DNA of 48,971 nt, taken from the NCBI GenBank assembly GCA_000320545.1, contig ADNK01003026.1, positions 1 to 48,971 on the forward strand. The letters run 5' to 3'. Positions within the stretch are counted from its first letter, which is position 1; each line of letters starts with the position of its first letter. This DNA is from Bigelowiella natans CCMP2755. Lineage: Eukaryota; Protista; Cercozoa. The notes below the pieces were generated by a model, which had not been told where the DNA came from, searched no databases, and saw nothing but the letters and a program-made list of their open reading frames with translations. Of this stretch, positions 13,523 through 26,401 are shown one piece after another. The position numbers were made by a program, and so were the translations under genes.

Positions 13523-14510
13523 AACAAAAACAACATGAGCGTTGTAGCCGTTGCCCCTTCTGCAGAGCTAAATATTAAATTGGGATGACAAAAGAAATTT
13601 GTAATCATTTCATTGCGCAAGCATCTGTCTCATACTGTTCATGCACGTGTTTACTGCGACGACGGACATGCTAGTGCATGTGGTACAAATCTAGCAAATG
13701 TCAGTGCGCTGTCGATCATGCGATAAACTTGCAGCTACAAGTTGTACATCTAGATGTGCACGACATCGACGACCGGCAACAAAGGATGCTTTCTGTGGTC
13801 AGTCTGCGACCACCAAGTGCATGTAGGTGCGCATGCGCATGCATGAGTGCAAATGGTAGTGCACGTTGTGCTTTGTCATGTCTCATATTTTCATGCAGGC
13901 ATGCTCACATGGGTTCAGGCCATGTCTACTGCAGCTCAGCTAGTCACATGGGGGCATGCAACTCACGTTGCATACCCAGAAACATTGTCACAGGAGGGGG
14001 CGCGTGCAGCGCGGGAAAACATCCATCTCGGTTGTCAAACCGTGGATGTTTTCCAGGAGCACCCTCGGCATTTTGCTTGCGACGTGGAGTCAGCCTACGT
14101 GGTGGAACATTTTAGGAAACTGTGACACGTGGCATGCTGCTGACAGGGATGCTGTGTGTCCAACGCATGATGTGCATTAGCGCGCAAGCAGCTAGTTTGG
14201 CATGCTCCAAACGACCCGCAAGCAAGCGGTGAGCTTTGTCCTTTGGTGGTTTGCACATGCATGATCAGCTTGTGTCACACGTTCAACAGGGGCTTGGTTT
14301 TGTGGACTCAAGCATTGTCAAAGCACACATCAGCACGGTTGTGTTGTTGGCGCTGCGCAATGCAACTACTCTTTCAAATGCATGAAACACATCATTGTGG
14401 CCACAGAAACAAACAGACACAACATGTAAGCGATGCAGCTTTGCATAGCTACACTAGTTCATTAGGATGACCATTGGAAAGATTTAATCAGTTCATTACA
14501 TCCGTCTCAT
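13523..14510 (+). repeat. Two diverged direct copies of a roughly 110-bp dispersed repeat (13523-13633 and 14406-14510) flanking a TpA-depleted core
   Basis: Shared blocks AACAAA..CAACATG..AGCG.TG.AGC, ATT(A/G)GGATGAC, TAATCA.TTCATT(A/G)C and ATC.GTCTCAT; a third copy lies at 45042-45141. Confidence 0.7.
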
Positions 14511-16612
14511 GTACATGTCTTGGCTACATCTGTTGATGGTTTCTTATGTGCAATTAAAATGTCCAACGCACAGCATAGACATACGTATATATCATAATAT
14601 CCCGTGCACTGCACTAACCAATGATTCGCGAAATAACATGCGCTTAATTGCCATGATGTGACCATGACCGTGGAAACTATTATCGTATGTCTATGATAGA
14701 GTATTATTGTACGTAGAAGTGTATGATAGGTAGATGCCTACTAGGTACTAAGATATATATGATAGATATGCATATATATAGTACATTTACAGCTATAAGT
14801 AGGCTATGCGCTGTTGTATGCAGCACTCAAATATATCTGTTTGTTTCACGTATTCTTAGGAAATAACCATGACACGCATTGCCAGCGAAGTGCCGCAGTA
14901 ATTTAACAGTTGTTACGAAACTTTCAACGTACTGTCATGGCAGCCTCCACAACATGAACATAAGTTAGGGATATGTTAGAGAAAGAAGCGGTTACACTTA
15001 TTTTCTCCATGTAAATCTACAATGTGGCGGTATCCCTTTGATAGGAACAGTATTCAATAATATTCTCAAAATATAGACACGATTTTCCATTCTCCTGTAC
15101 CATCTTGAGGGTCCCATTCAGTCTTGAAGTCAAACCCGTCAATTCTATGTTGCACCTACGAGGACAAAGATTTACTCATTTTCTATTAGTAATTACTCAT
15201 TTTCTATTGGTAATAAAAAATGGTAGACTCAGGAGCTTTATGTCAATGATTGCGTTCAAATACACCTACTTATGTGTTATGATATTAATGGACTTCCAAG
15301 TGCTGTTGTTTTTTACTTTTCTTCCGCATTATACCGACACCGACACACATTTTTAAGAAACAATGCTTGCGTGTTGAAGAGGATTGCTAATCGTATCATT
15401 TTGAATATAACTGCTTCTTCATTACCGTATCTGGGTCCGACTGCTGCCTGACCTAGTAGGAAATTTTTATTTTGTCAAAAAAGGGTTTTGGCCTTATACC
15501 CGACAATGACCCAAAACATGTAAACTTTTTTTACTTCTTATTTTGAACAGATGCAGAGCACGAGCCAACAGTAATGATATCGATGTTGCTACGGTTGGGC
15601 TATGGATATAAATAATTTCCTTCCTCTAGTTAAGTAAGTTGGCATAAGCAGCACGCATTAGAATTTAATGCAGTAGTATACTTGGGCGTAAAAGGTCACA
15701 CTGGCTGTTATCGACGACGCTGATTCGAAGTTTTCCGGGTATTGTATCTCCTGGAAATAGGGTTCTACTATGTCAAAGATCATCCCTGACTTGTCGCCGT
15801 TTTCTCTGCGCCATTCCTCCAACTCCGTACTGGATTCCTACAAGGAGAAGGAGGAGAAGGAGGAGGGGAATCACAGGTTAATATTGCTCAAAGCAAAGTA
15901 CCAAGCAATGGTAATAAGATGCATTGTTACTGTTGCTATTGTAAAGGATGATATCATCAAAAATCCAACCGAGCTATCATTATTGAATTGGAATTGGAAA
16001 TAGTAACGATTTGAATAGAAATCGAGCTGTCACGAAGAAAAGGATAACACTTATTATCGTTAATTACCTGAATAGCTTCATAAACACTTTCCGAGCACGC
16101 TTCCCTCAAATGACGCACATTTTCTGCTGTGCAGAGTTCATTCTGAACGTATTGATAAGCCTGTGTGCTGCCAAAAAGATACTTTTACTATTTTCGAGTC
16201 ATTTTTTATTATTCATGTTAATCTGTCAGGGTTATGTGAGGGCTCGAATACATTTATTACCTTCCAGAGAGAAAGTCGTCAACTGGTTGAAATAGGGAGC
16301 CATATTTAGGGTGAAATGCAACAAAATTCCACATCCCAACGTGAACCTATTGTGAAGATGAAACACCGACAACATACAACAAATATAATACCAAATAATT
16401 TAAATAAACATTCATTACAGTGGCGGCGGTGGTGGTGAGTCTCTGAAAACATATTACGTGTTTATTTTCCGACATCATATGTACAGCATGAACGCTACTT
16501 GTGCGCGTATGTGCCCATAATGAAGACGATAAACGTCATAAACTTATTTATATATGCGCAAATTCCTCACATAGATTCTATTTTACAAACATAAAACACA
16601 CAAAAAATATGT

Positions 16613-16740
<128 letters not shown>

Positions 16741-17868
16741 TAACATTGAAGGATATCTACACATATATAAGAAAAGAAGTCCACTAATGAAACCGAAGGT
16801 TGTGTTACCATTCTGTTTTGTGGTTTCCATTACCACCTACCTCAAAAAATCGATAGATAGAGTGCTACAATCATTCTTCTTCTACAAAAATTCTTACCCT
16901 ATGGTGGATTGCTGCTGCTGCTCTACGGAAAAGCCAATTTAATCGACCAACACTCATAATGTAACAAGAGAAAGTAGTGATTGAATGTCCTCTAACTCGA
17001 GCCAGGGGCAGAATGAGCTTGGTGTACGTGGTAGTGTGGGAAGATTGAAAGCGACAAGCAAAAAAGCTTGTCTCACGCTATGTTTTGAATGCCATTTGGC
17101 CATATTTTCAGTTAACATTGAGTTCCTCAAAGAAGGACACAATTTCCAACTTCTTACAGCTGTGATGTATCCGGTTATTTTTGAAACCGGCAGTCAGAAA
17201 AGGAATCCTACGGTGAGGAGAAAGAACCAACGCTGCTTCGTTCTTTTCCCATGTTTTCAAATACAAAACCTAATGTTCAGAATTAACGGACTCAATTGAT
17301 ACATTTTGTGCATTTCATATGAAATAGAATGTTCATTTTAACATACAATCAAAAATATCGTTGTGATTTACATATACGTCATAGGCAAATGCTCACTCGC
17401 ATTCAACATGTTACTTTGTATAATTTGGCCGTTGCTTACATTTCTATGATATAATTCTGATTTGTCCCATCGCCAGCAATAAGACAAACTGGAAGATTGT
17501 CGCAGGAATAATTCGACAGAGGATTTTCCTCACGAATCCATTATTTTGGATCTGTTAAAGCTGAATACCCGAATATTCTCTCCTCTCCGAATCCTGCTTT
17601 ATCTTCCACCAACAGCTTCCCTTCTCTGATCCTGCAGAGAAAGAGGGGGGGAAAGTGGGGATACTTAGCTTCACATTTTAAAGTGGGAGGGAAAGAAGTT
17701 GAATAAGAGGTGGAAATTGATCATTAACAGAGAAGTCTGTAGTCGTTGAGGCCTGAACAGTACTAATTGACAGCTGCCCCCACACACATAGGTGGGCGTG
17801 TCTCCGGAGGCCCTTAAGTTCGTTTTTGGGCTGAAGATGCATTAAAATCGACAACCAAACCTTAGAAA

Positions 17869-19586
17869 ATGCTTCTAAGATCGATAAAAGAGGAGCCAGC
17901 AATAGCCTTGTCGTCATCGACGGCTGGAGGGGAGAGATCTCCTGATAAGGTAAAGAACAAATCGAGCCCTGATTTGGTTAGAAATGATAAATTCGTCATA
18001 ATGATTATCTCCAGGTCGATGGGGAACAATTCCCTGATTTATTTGGCCGCTTGCTTAAAAAGGTTCGAAAAGCTCTCCAATTATTTCATGAAATTCTGCT
18101 CATAAATACCTCATGTATTTTAGTCAAAGAAGCTTCGGACCTATCAAATGCGCTTCGTTAGGGTACTTGAAGGTGCAGTGTACTACAGTAAAAAATTGGA
18201 ATCATTATCAGACGAGGGTTGGCTTCGTAAACAAGAGGTAAGAATCTTCCTCAATACAAAAAACGTCGTTTGCGTTTTCTTCATCGTCGTCATGTCGTCG
18301 GCACTGTCGCCTTTTGTACTGGCACCCGCATCATTATGATCACAATAATCTTATTGATGTTCTTCATCATTCTACCTTGTGTAGGCTCTCTCAAAACAAG
18401 CTGTGACCCAAGGAGAAATTATGGTCCGGAATACTGAGAAAGATGTGGCAATTATTCCCATAGAAGTGGGTTTCAGAAGACCAAACCATAACACAGCTGC
18501 CGTATAACAATACTAAGATGAATCTCAAACATTACTTCTAACAAGTTTTATATAATTCGCTCATTATTAGGCTGTCGCACGCGCTTTCGTCGATCCAGAA
18601 CGGCCGCATAAATTATGCATCGAAACTAAAATCGGCGAAAATTCGGAGATGTTCAACCTTCGTGTACCGGACCATGACGACTTATGGATCAATAAGTCAT
18701 CAGTTGGAAAGGATGGGAAACGAATTCCTCCGGTGATAAGTTCGCCAGGATTTACGTTTTTAGATACACGATCAAATAATTAATAGGCTGGAACAGTGTT
18801 TAAATTGATAATTCGGGTTGCATATGCAGATCGGATAAATAGATTGATATTTTCCGCCAAACTGAACATCGAGAGGGCAAATATTTCGAGAAAATGTGAA
18901 TTTTATATCAAGTCACATCTCGGGGATGTGTTTAATTTGCTAGTCATTGTGCGTTGGTGGCTGTATACATTTTTGTGATGAATATTATCATAATTATCAC
19001 CATTGACACTCAGAGCGAAACATCTGCCACCTGGGTGCAAGGAATCCTGCAATACAGAAGGCAGTTCCTTGCCAGAAAAAGACAAAATGCAAACAGACTA
19101 AATAGAGCTCCGCATAGAAGAGGGACAAGTTCGTCTAAACCGACAACCAAACCTGTAACAGATCTCCAGCGGGTACAACAGTTACACCATATATCTACAT
19201 CCTCCTTTTTCAACACGATACTGAAAGACCACCTAAGCTTAATATGAGGGGGACCTCGTCAACAATATGTATTACAAGTGAAACATCTACTATCTAAAAT
19301 TTTTTGCTTTTGATCAGATCATCGGAGGGTCAAAGAGCGAAGGAAGCATTAGAGAACATGTGAGAGACAATCCTTTTTGCTCTTGAATCTTGGATTTATA
19401 GTTCATCTCTTTGGCTTCTCGTCATTCGCTTTACTAAGACTCTTATTTTCGTATAAATAGAAGAAAAAACATTCAAGAACCCGAAGTAGGAGGAGCGGTT
19501 CCACGCGTATGGACATAATACGAATAGATGCTTCGGAGGAAACGGTACTATATATATATATTTAATGTATAAATCTTATTATGGTT

Positions 19587-19645
<59 letters not shown>

Positions 19646-21128
19646 AGGTGTGTGTGTGCGCGCGCGTGTATTTACCTGTGTCCCAATTAAGATATTGAAT
19701 TATACAATTATGGCGTGTATTTGCCTGTGTCCCAATTAATATATTGAAATATACTATTATGAAAAGCAGCAGCAGCAGCCGCAGCCCAAGTATTCCTTCT
19801 TAATATTCTTTCTTTATCGCTTATTTCTTGTTAGTGATATTTCCGTTCTTCTTGGTCATAAATAAGCTCTATCATTTGTACGCATATGATGTCTCATTTT
19901 TACTTACAGGCTAAAACACGACAGCTAGAGCAACTTGCTTCCTATGTTCCAAGAATACTCCTTTCTCAATACCTCAAGGCTGATATGCAGTCGCTGTCTG
20001 TTCTCCATGACCATAAGTCGAGGAGTACGGAAGACAAAAAAGTACCAACATATTTACATGAGCGGCGTGTAAGTTGTGGCTACAGATATAATGTGCTTTT
20101 CTACGAATAAAGTAAAGAGAGGATGATGCCAAACTCATATTTTGTTCCAGGGTTCCTCTAGCTTAATAGGCGTTTTCTACTTTCTCTCTCTCGCTTTTTC
20201 TTTTTGACAATTTGTGAATAAATGCCGATGGACTGCGACTGATTAATTCATTCTTCATGTGTATTCTGTTATTATTCTAAAGCAGCATCTTGTTCCACCA
20301 TTGTCGTTTGCTTTACCATGCTCCTGTTTGGTATTGGCTGATGTCAGCGGTTTTACCAATTTAAATGAAGCTTTTAGCACAGTAGAAGGGGGAGCAGAAA
20401 AAGTGACGTATCATCTTAATCAATATTTCACTATTCTACTCAACATCATCGAGAAACATGGCGGAGATTGCATAAAGTTTGCAGGAGATGCGCTTATTGT
20501 TCTTTTCAAGGAGGAACCAGAGTAAGGAGTAGTAGTAGTGGAAATTGTTGTTACAATTGTTGTACGTGATGAGAGTAGTCGTAACTGCAGGAGCCATAGT
20601 GTTCAACATTTCAATCTTTTTTAGTTCTTAATTTCATAACCACTAATTTACAAAAGGCATATTCTGAAATACGGTTGAAAAGCCACAACTCCATTACTAT
20701 TTTCAAATTTTAGACAATCAAAGTCGTATTATTATTTTCGTTTTGTATTCCCCTCTCGCAAACTTGTTGTTGTGGTGAAGCTAGTGGCAATTATAATTCT
20801 AAAATATAGGTACGACCAGCAAACGTACATCTCGCGTGTTCATAAGCACATCAAGCCCATAAAACCGCATCAATATACATGCCTAAGAGCCATTCAATGC
20901 GCTCTTGAGCTTGGGGCCCAACCCGCATACAAGATAACAGGTAGTAGTAGTAGTAGTTACACACACTCACACACATCCTATCATCATTAGAAGAGAAAAC
21001 ACATTAGCGTGGCAGTGATGCTGACGATGTTTGAATATAATGCGATGATGAGTAATTAGGACCATTACATAACATGCATATTATATCAATATTAAATACA
21101 ATATAAATATATATTCCCAGTAACAATT

Positions 21129-21207
<79 letters not shown>

Positions 21208-23543
21208 CTGAATATGCAGCTTCAGATAAACAAGTTGCAGAAAGCTGATATTATCGCAGCAGCCTACAAATTTGTCATCATCATCATCATCATCCGTTTG
21301 TGCTACAGGTGGTGGAGGGTTTCATAAAGTTGAGCTTACGCTGCACGTAGCAGTAGGTTACGGTGATTTACAAGCTTTGCACGTTGGAGGACACGACAAT
21401 GAATGGGAATTCCTTCTTACTGGAGCACCTTTCAAGCAGATTGCAAAGGCTATTGATATTAGTAAGAAGGGAGAAGTTGTCGTAACCAAAGAGGTTTGGA
21501 CAGAGGTGAAGAAGCACTGTAAGGGGAAATCCGTGAGTGCGTATGGATCTTCGGAAGTGAAGGTGTCTGCAGTTATTCACGATGTGAAAACTCTTCCTGC
21601 TGCAACTATCACAATTCCGCTCAAGATTTGGCCAGCCATCGAACGGTATTTAACAGATACAGAACAACAACAGTAGAGCATATATACATGAAAGAAACAA
21701 ACCTCCTCGTCACCACCGCAACAGTATCCTCTTAGCCTTCACACCAAACATATTACGATCCCCTTTTGTTGGTTGTTCCCCAATCATATTATTGCTGTTG
21801 CATACAAATAAGAAATAGGCAATTATGTCTTTGCTGCCTGTAGTTCTTTGATAGTTGCTTGATGTAGTCTGATACTTCTTCCTCATACGTGCTCTTCTTC
21901 TTCTTCTTCTTCTTCTTCTTCTTTTTCTTGTTGAAATTGAAGTTATGTGCCTCGAATGGTTCGTGATGGGATCGGTAAAGGAATGACGCGTTGGCTGGCA
22001 GAACTGAGGAATGTATCCGTAATCTTCGTCAATATAAAGGGGCTTATGCTCAACCGGAGGCACAATACACCTCTAGATAAGACTCATGAGGTTCTTGGTT
22101 TTATGGAAAGCGTTGTCGCTTGCAATCAAGGGTAATAAATAAAACTACTACTATCATTATTATTCACCAGAATATATAATTATGAGGAGCTTTTGGAAGA
22201 GAAAAAATAATTAAGCAAAATTTGATCACAAAGTGCTGAATGAGTTTTCTTTCCACGAAGGAGTAGTGTGCAGAATATTAACGACACATCATAGAGAACC
22301 TAATCCTAATCCTATATGAATTAACACAATTAGCCTTTCCTTCCTTTTTGGTTCTGTAGATACCGGAGACAATTCTTGGTGGACGACAAGGGCACGGTGC
22401 TAATAGTGGTGTTTGGTGTACCGCCATTCTCGTGGGAGGACAACGGGTATCGAGCTGTAAAGACGGCTATGGAACTGAGTCAGACGCTACATACCCTCGA
22501 TGTTGATCATGCCATTGGTAGGTGTGCCTTTTCCTAAAAATGGATGATACTTGATACATTTAAATTTATTGAATCCGGATTCAACCATGTCATTAAATTT
22601 GAATATCTACCAGAAGTATATTGTTTACCTCCTCCTCCTCCTCCTCCTCCTCGTCAATAGATGTATTTTCCATAAGAATTTAAGTCTTATGATGTCGTCT
22701 ACTATTTTCTCTCTGGTGGTGTTTAGGGATCGCTTCGGGAATGGTGTATGTTGGTAGTGTCGGAAGCCTTTCGAGGCGTGAGCATGCTGTTGTGGGTGAT
22801 ACAGTTAATTCAGCAGCTCGCTTATCGTGCAAGGCACCTAATGGAACAGTGTGGATTGACGAGGCGACTTCTCAACAAGCAAATCGAAAAATAATCCTGA
22901 AGCCTTGTGGTTCAATAAAGGTACTTGCCTTAACACCTACACCAGTAGTAGAAGTAGTAGTAGTAGTAGTAGTAGTAATAGCAGGGTCTATTCCTCTGCT
23001 GGTAAAGTATTAATTCTGTTTGTTGTTCTCCCCTCCTTCCGTGAATGACTGATATACATTAGGTGAAGGGAAAGAACAAAAAAATTCAAATATATGAGCC
23101 AACACAGTTTCGTGTTGCTCGAAATCTTCTTGAAGGCCCTCATGTGATTGGACGCGAGGATCTATTGAAAAGCTGTATGAACCACCTTGTTGCAGTTAAG
23201 GTGAATAGAGCAAAAAGGATGCTCTGGCTTACTGGACCTGCAGGAGTAGGGAAAACAGTCATCATGGGCTATATTTATCGCTTGGCAAAGCAAAATCTAC
23301 AGACTTTCTATACAATAGGTGAATTTTATTATTATTATTATTATTGTTATTATTATTATTATCACCACCTCCTTCTAAGTAGAAGACAGTAGTAGGAAAA
23401 ACAAATGATATATGCCACTAACAACATCATTGCTCTAGTTCTCGTCAGTAAGTAACAGTGCACAAATGTTATTCAACCCCTACTACTACCTTGTTAATCC
23501 ATAGTTATCATTATCAGGATGGTTGGAATGTTTGGATAATGAT

Positions 23544-23575
<32 letters not shown>

Positions 23576-24194
23576 TGCATTTTTATTCTCAGGAGAGGCT
23601 ACAGCAACATCGTTGGCGCATAATGTATGGGGCCAGTTGTTAGAACAGGTGATGGGACTTAGTGGGCAGCCACCGTCGATGATGCGACATCATATTCAAG
23701 AGGCTGTAGCACAATCAGATGAGCTCAAGACCCTCTCTCCTTACTTAGAGCTACTCAATACATTGTACGTACGCACTCATAATTGCAGTAGTAGCTAATA
23801 TGACAGCAAATTCTCACCAAAAATATTCCCACATGAAAGGATATACTCATACTCATGCATAATCAAACACATACAAAACACATACAAAGCACACAGAGGT
23901 CCCCAGATTCGACAATATAGAGGCCATGATTTTAAGAAGAATATTCTTGTTATTTATCTGAATGGTTTTCTGTTTGGACTACTACTTTTTATTGGGACTG
24001 ACAATATCCAGGTTGGATTGCGAGTTCCCTGCTACTGACGAATCAGCTAGATTACTGAATGAAGCGCATATGACAGACGCTATGGAAGCAATCTCTCTTT
24101 TTACACATAATATGCTGCTAGAACTAGTCAAGATTGCTGTTGGAAATAGACCTTCAGTATGGGTTATTGACGATGCGCAGTACATCGACTACAG

Positions 24195-24237
<43 letters not shown>

Positions 24238-26297
24238 GATTTATCCGAGATGTATTGTTGGATATGAAAGGAATGATGTACCAAAGCATTGTGCAGCAGC
24301 AGAGTGTTTGCCATCTATCTATCGAAGCTGTATAATAGTTTCTATAGTTTTGATCAGGAAAATTATGCATTGCATTGCTCCTTATTCCCCCCCCACAATG
24401 TCTTTACCTCGTCATAAGAAGTGTGATTATGTTTGTGTTTATGCCATCATTGATAATCTATCTCACAGGAGTATGCAGCTACTTTTCGATGTATTTGACT
24501 CACTACCCTCTGTGTTAATGCTCATGGCAACAAGAGATATAAAAGCAGCAAGTACAAGTGCCACCGACAACAAATCAGAAAGCATTAATCGTGAGGGCAA
24601 GAACAAGAGCAAAAGTTATGAGGAAAAGATAAAGAAAATGGATGGTCAAGTGGAGACTAGAGTTGGTAGTACCACATTAAAGTCGTCGAGGAATACAACG
24701 ACAGCAGCAGTAACAGAATCAGCATCGACTGCTGATGTTGTGTACAGAGGAACGTATGATTCAGAGACTGCTGCTTTTCACTCCCCCTTGCCTACAATTC
24801 TAGATACACCTCCAGTTAGTGCTCTTGCCAGTCGCCATAGCTCAGAGCTGTCTGCAGTAGGTGTCACAGGCGAGACGGACAATAGAATAACAATGGCAAT
24901 TAGGAATCCGATTATTTCACACATGGATGATGATGATGAGCTCGTAGTAGCTAAAAGAGACCAAAACAATGGTGATGGTGATGGCTGTGAAAACGATGCT
25001 AAGGACGACGAGAAAAGTAACAATAATGATATCAATACTCAGACTGATGTTGAAAATAGTAGTGACAATACTCACAATGGTGAAGCTTTCAAAAATGATG
25101 ACGACGGTGAAAAGAAAAAGAGTAACGGGCAGCCAGAAGTGGAATGCAAAAAGGGAAAAGGAGGACTAGAACAACATCAAGTCGATCATCGGATGAGAAA
25201 ACCAATAAAGGAGGATAATGATGGGCATAAGTCAGCACCGCCAGCAAGGGATAATAATAATAATAATGATGATGATGATGATGATGAAGCCCATCCCAAC
25301 AGGAAGAAGAAGCAGCCGCCGTGTCTGAAGAAAGAAAGTCTACTTACGAAATCTATGCCGTGTTTAGATGAGCTGCTTGTTGGTAAGAACACTGCTGCTG
25401 CTGCTGCTGCTGCTGTTGCTGCTGCTGCCCATGAGTTGAAAAACGTACGTTCGTACATCCTCTAGTTTCATTGGCAAATAATAATAATAATAATAATAAT
25501 AATAATCAAATAATAATAAAATTAATAAGAATAATACTAATAACAGCAGAGCACATCTGGACGATTATTTACACAACATACCCAAATGCATTTTGTATAA
25601 AACAAACGGTACATACCATAACTTTTGAAAAACAATTGATATTAGGCAAGTCTCCATCGTCTCACACCCAGAAATCGAGTACGAACATGCGAGAAGTTGT
25701 TGCTGATTCAGCAGAAATGGGGGCCTATTTAACAAATAGTCAGAAAAAAGGTGGTGATGATAAGTCAGTTGCTGTAAGAAAATCTAGTAGTGAACCTGGA
25801 TACAGCAGCTGTGTAGGTCAAGTTGGAGATAGCCACAACGCCATTGATCGAAAATTATTACCTCCAGTAACAACAGATTCTCCTTCCTTGTCACAGAAAA
25901 GACGGATGGAAAATAAAAATAAAGAATATAAGAAGGATGCTAGTAGCAAAAGTAACAACAATGGTACCTGTCAGCAGCAACACCATGATTTAAATGCTGA
26001 CGGTGGAATTGGAAGTAGCCTAGAGAGAAAAAGTGATGATGATGAACAAAAAAGTGAAGAAAGTGACAAACCTAGTTTGGTTGCGCGATCATTATCCTTC
26101 GGTCATGAGGATTTGAGACCACCAGGGATATCTTTCCTCAAAATTCCTGATGATGATGCATCATCCAACGGTGAATAAATAACAACTATAAAATCAAATG
26201 ATAACTGTAGCATGATGTATGTATAAGTAGTAATAGTAGTTACTAAATTTTATTGTTTTCATTTTACAACATTATTCTAACTGTAAGACAGATAAGA

Positions 26298-26342
<45 letters not shown>

Positions 26343-26354
26343 AGTAATGTGTAG

Positions 26355-26401
<47 letters not shown>

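Noticed and set aside
13678-14470. Cys/His/Met-rich ORFs in the islands (also 32255-32753, 35451-36087, 44593-45056) as real small proteins
   Set aside because: Loss of TA removes TAA/TAG stops and Tyr codons, producing overlapping spurious ORFs in several frames with no recognisable domain.
22297-22315. Interstitial telomere-like AACCTAATCCTAATCCTA
   Set aside because: Only about 3 degenerate units inside an intron; compatible with chance in repeat-rich DNA.
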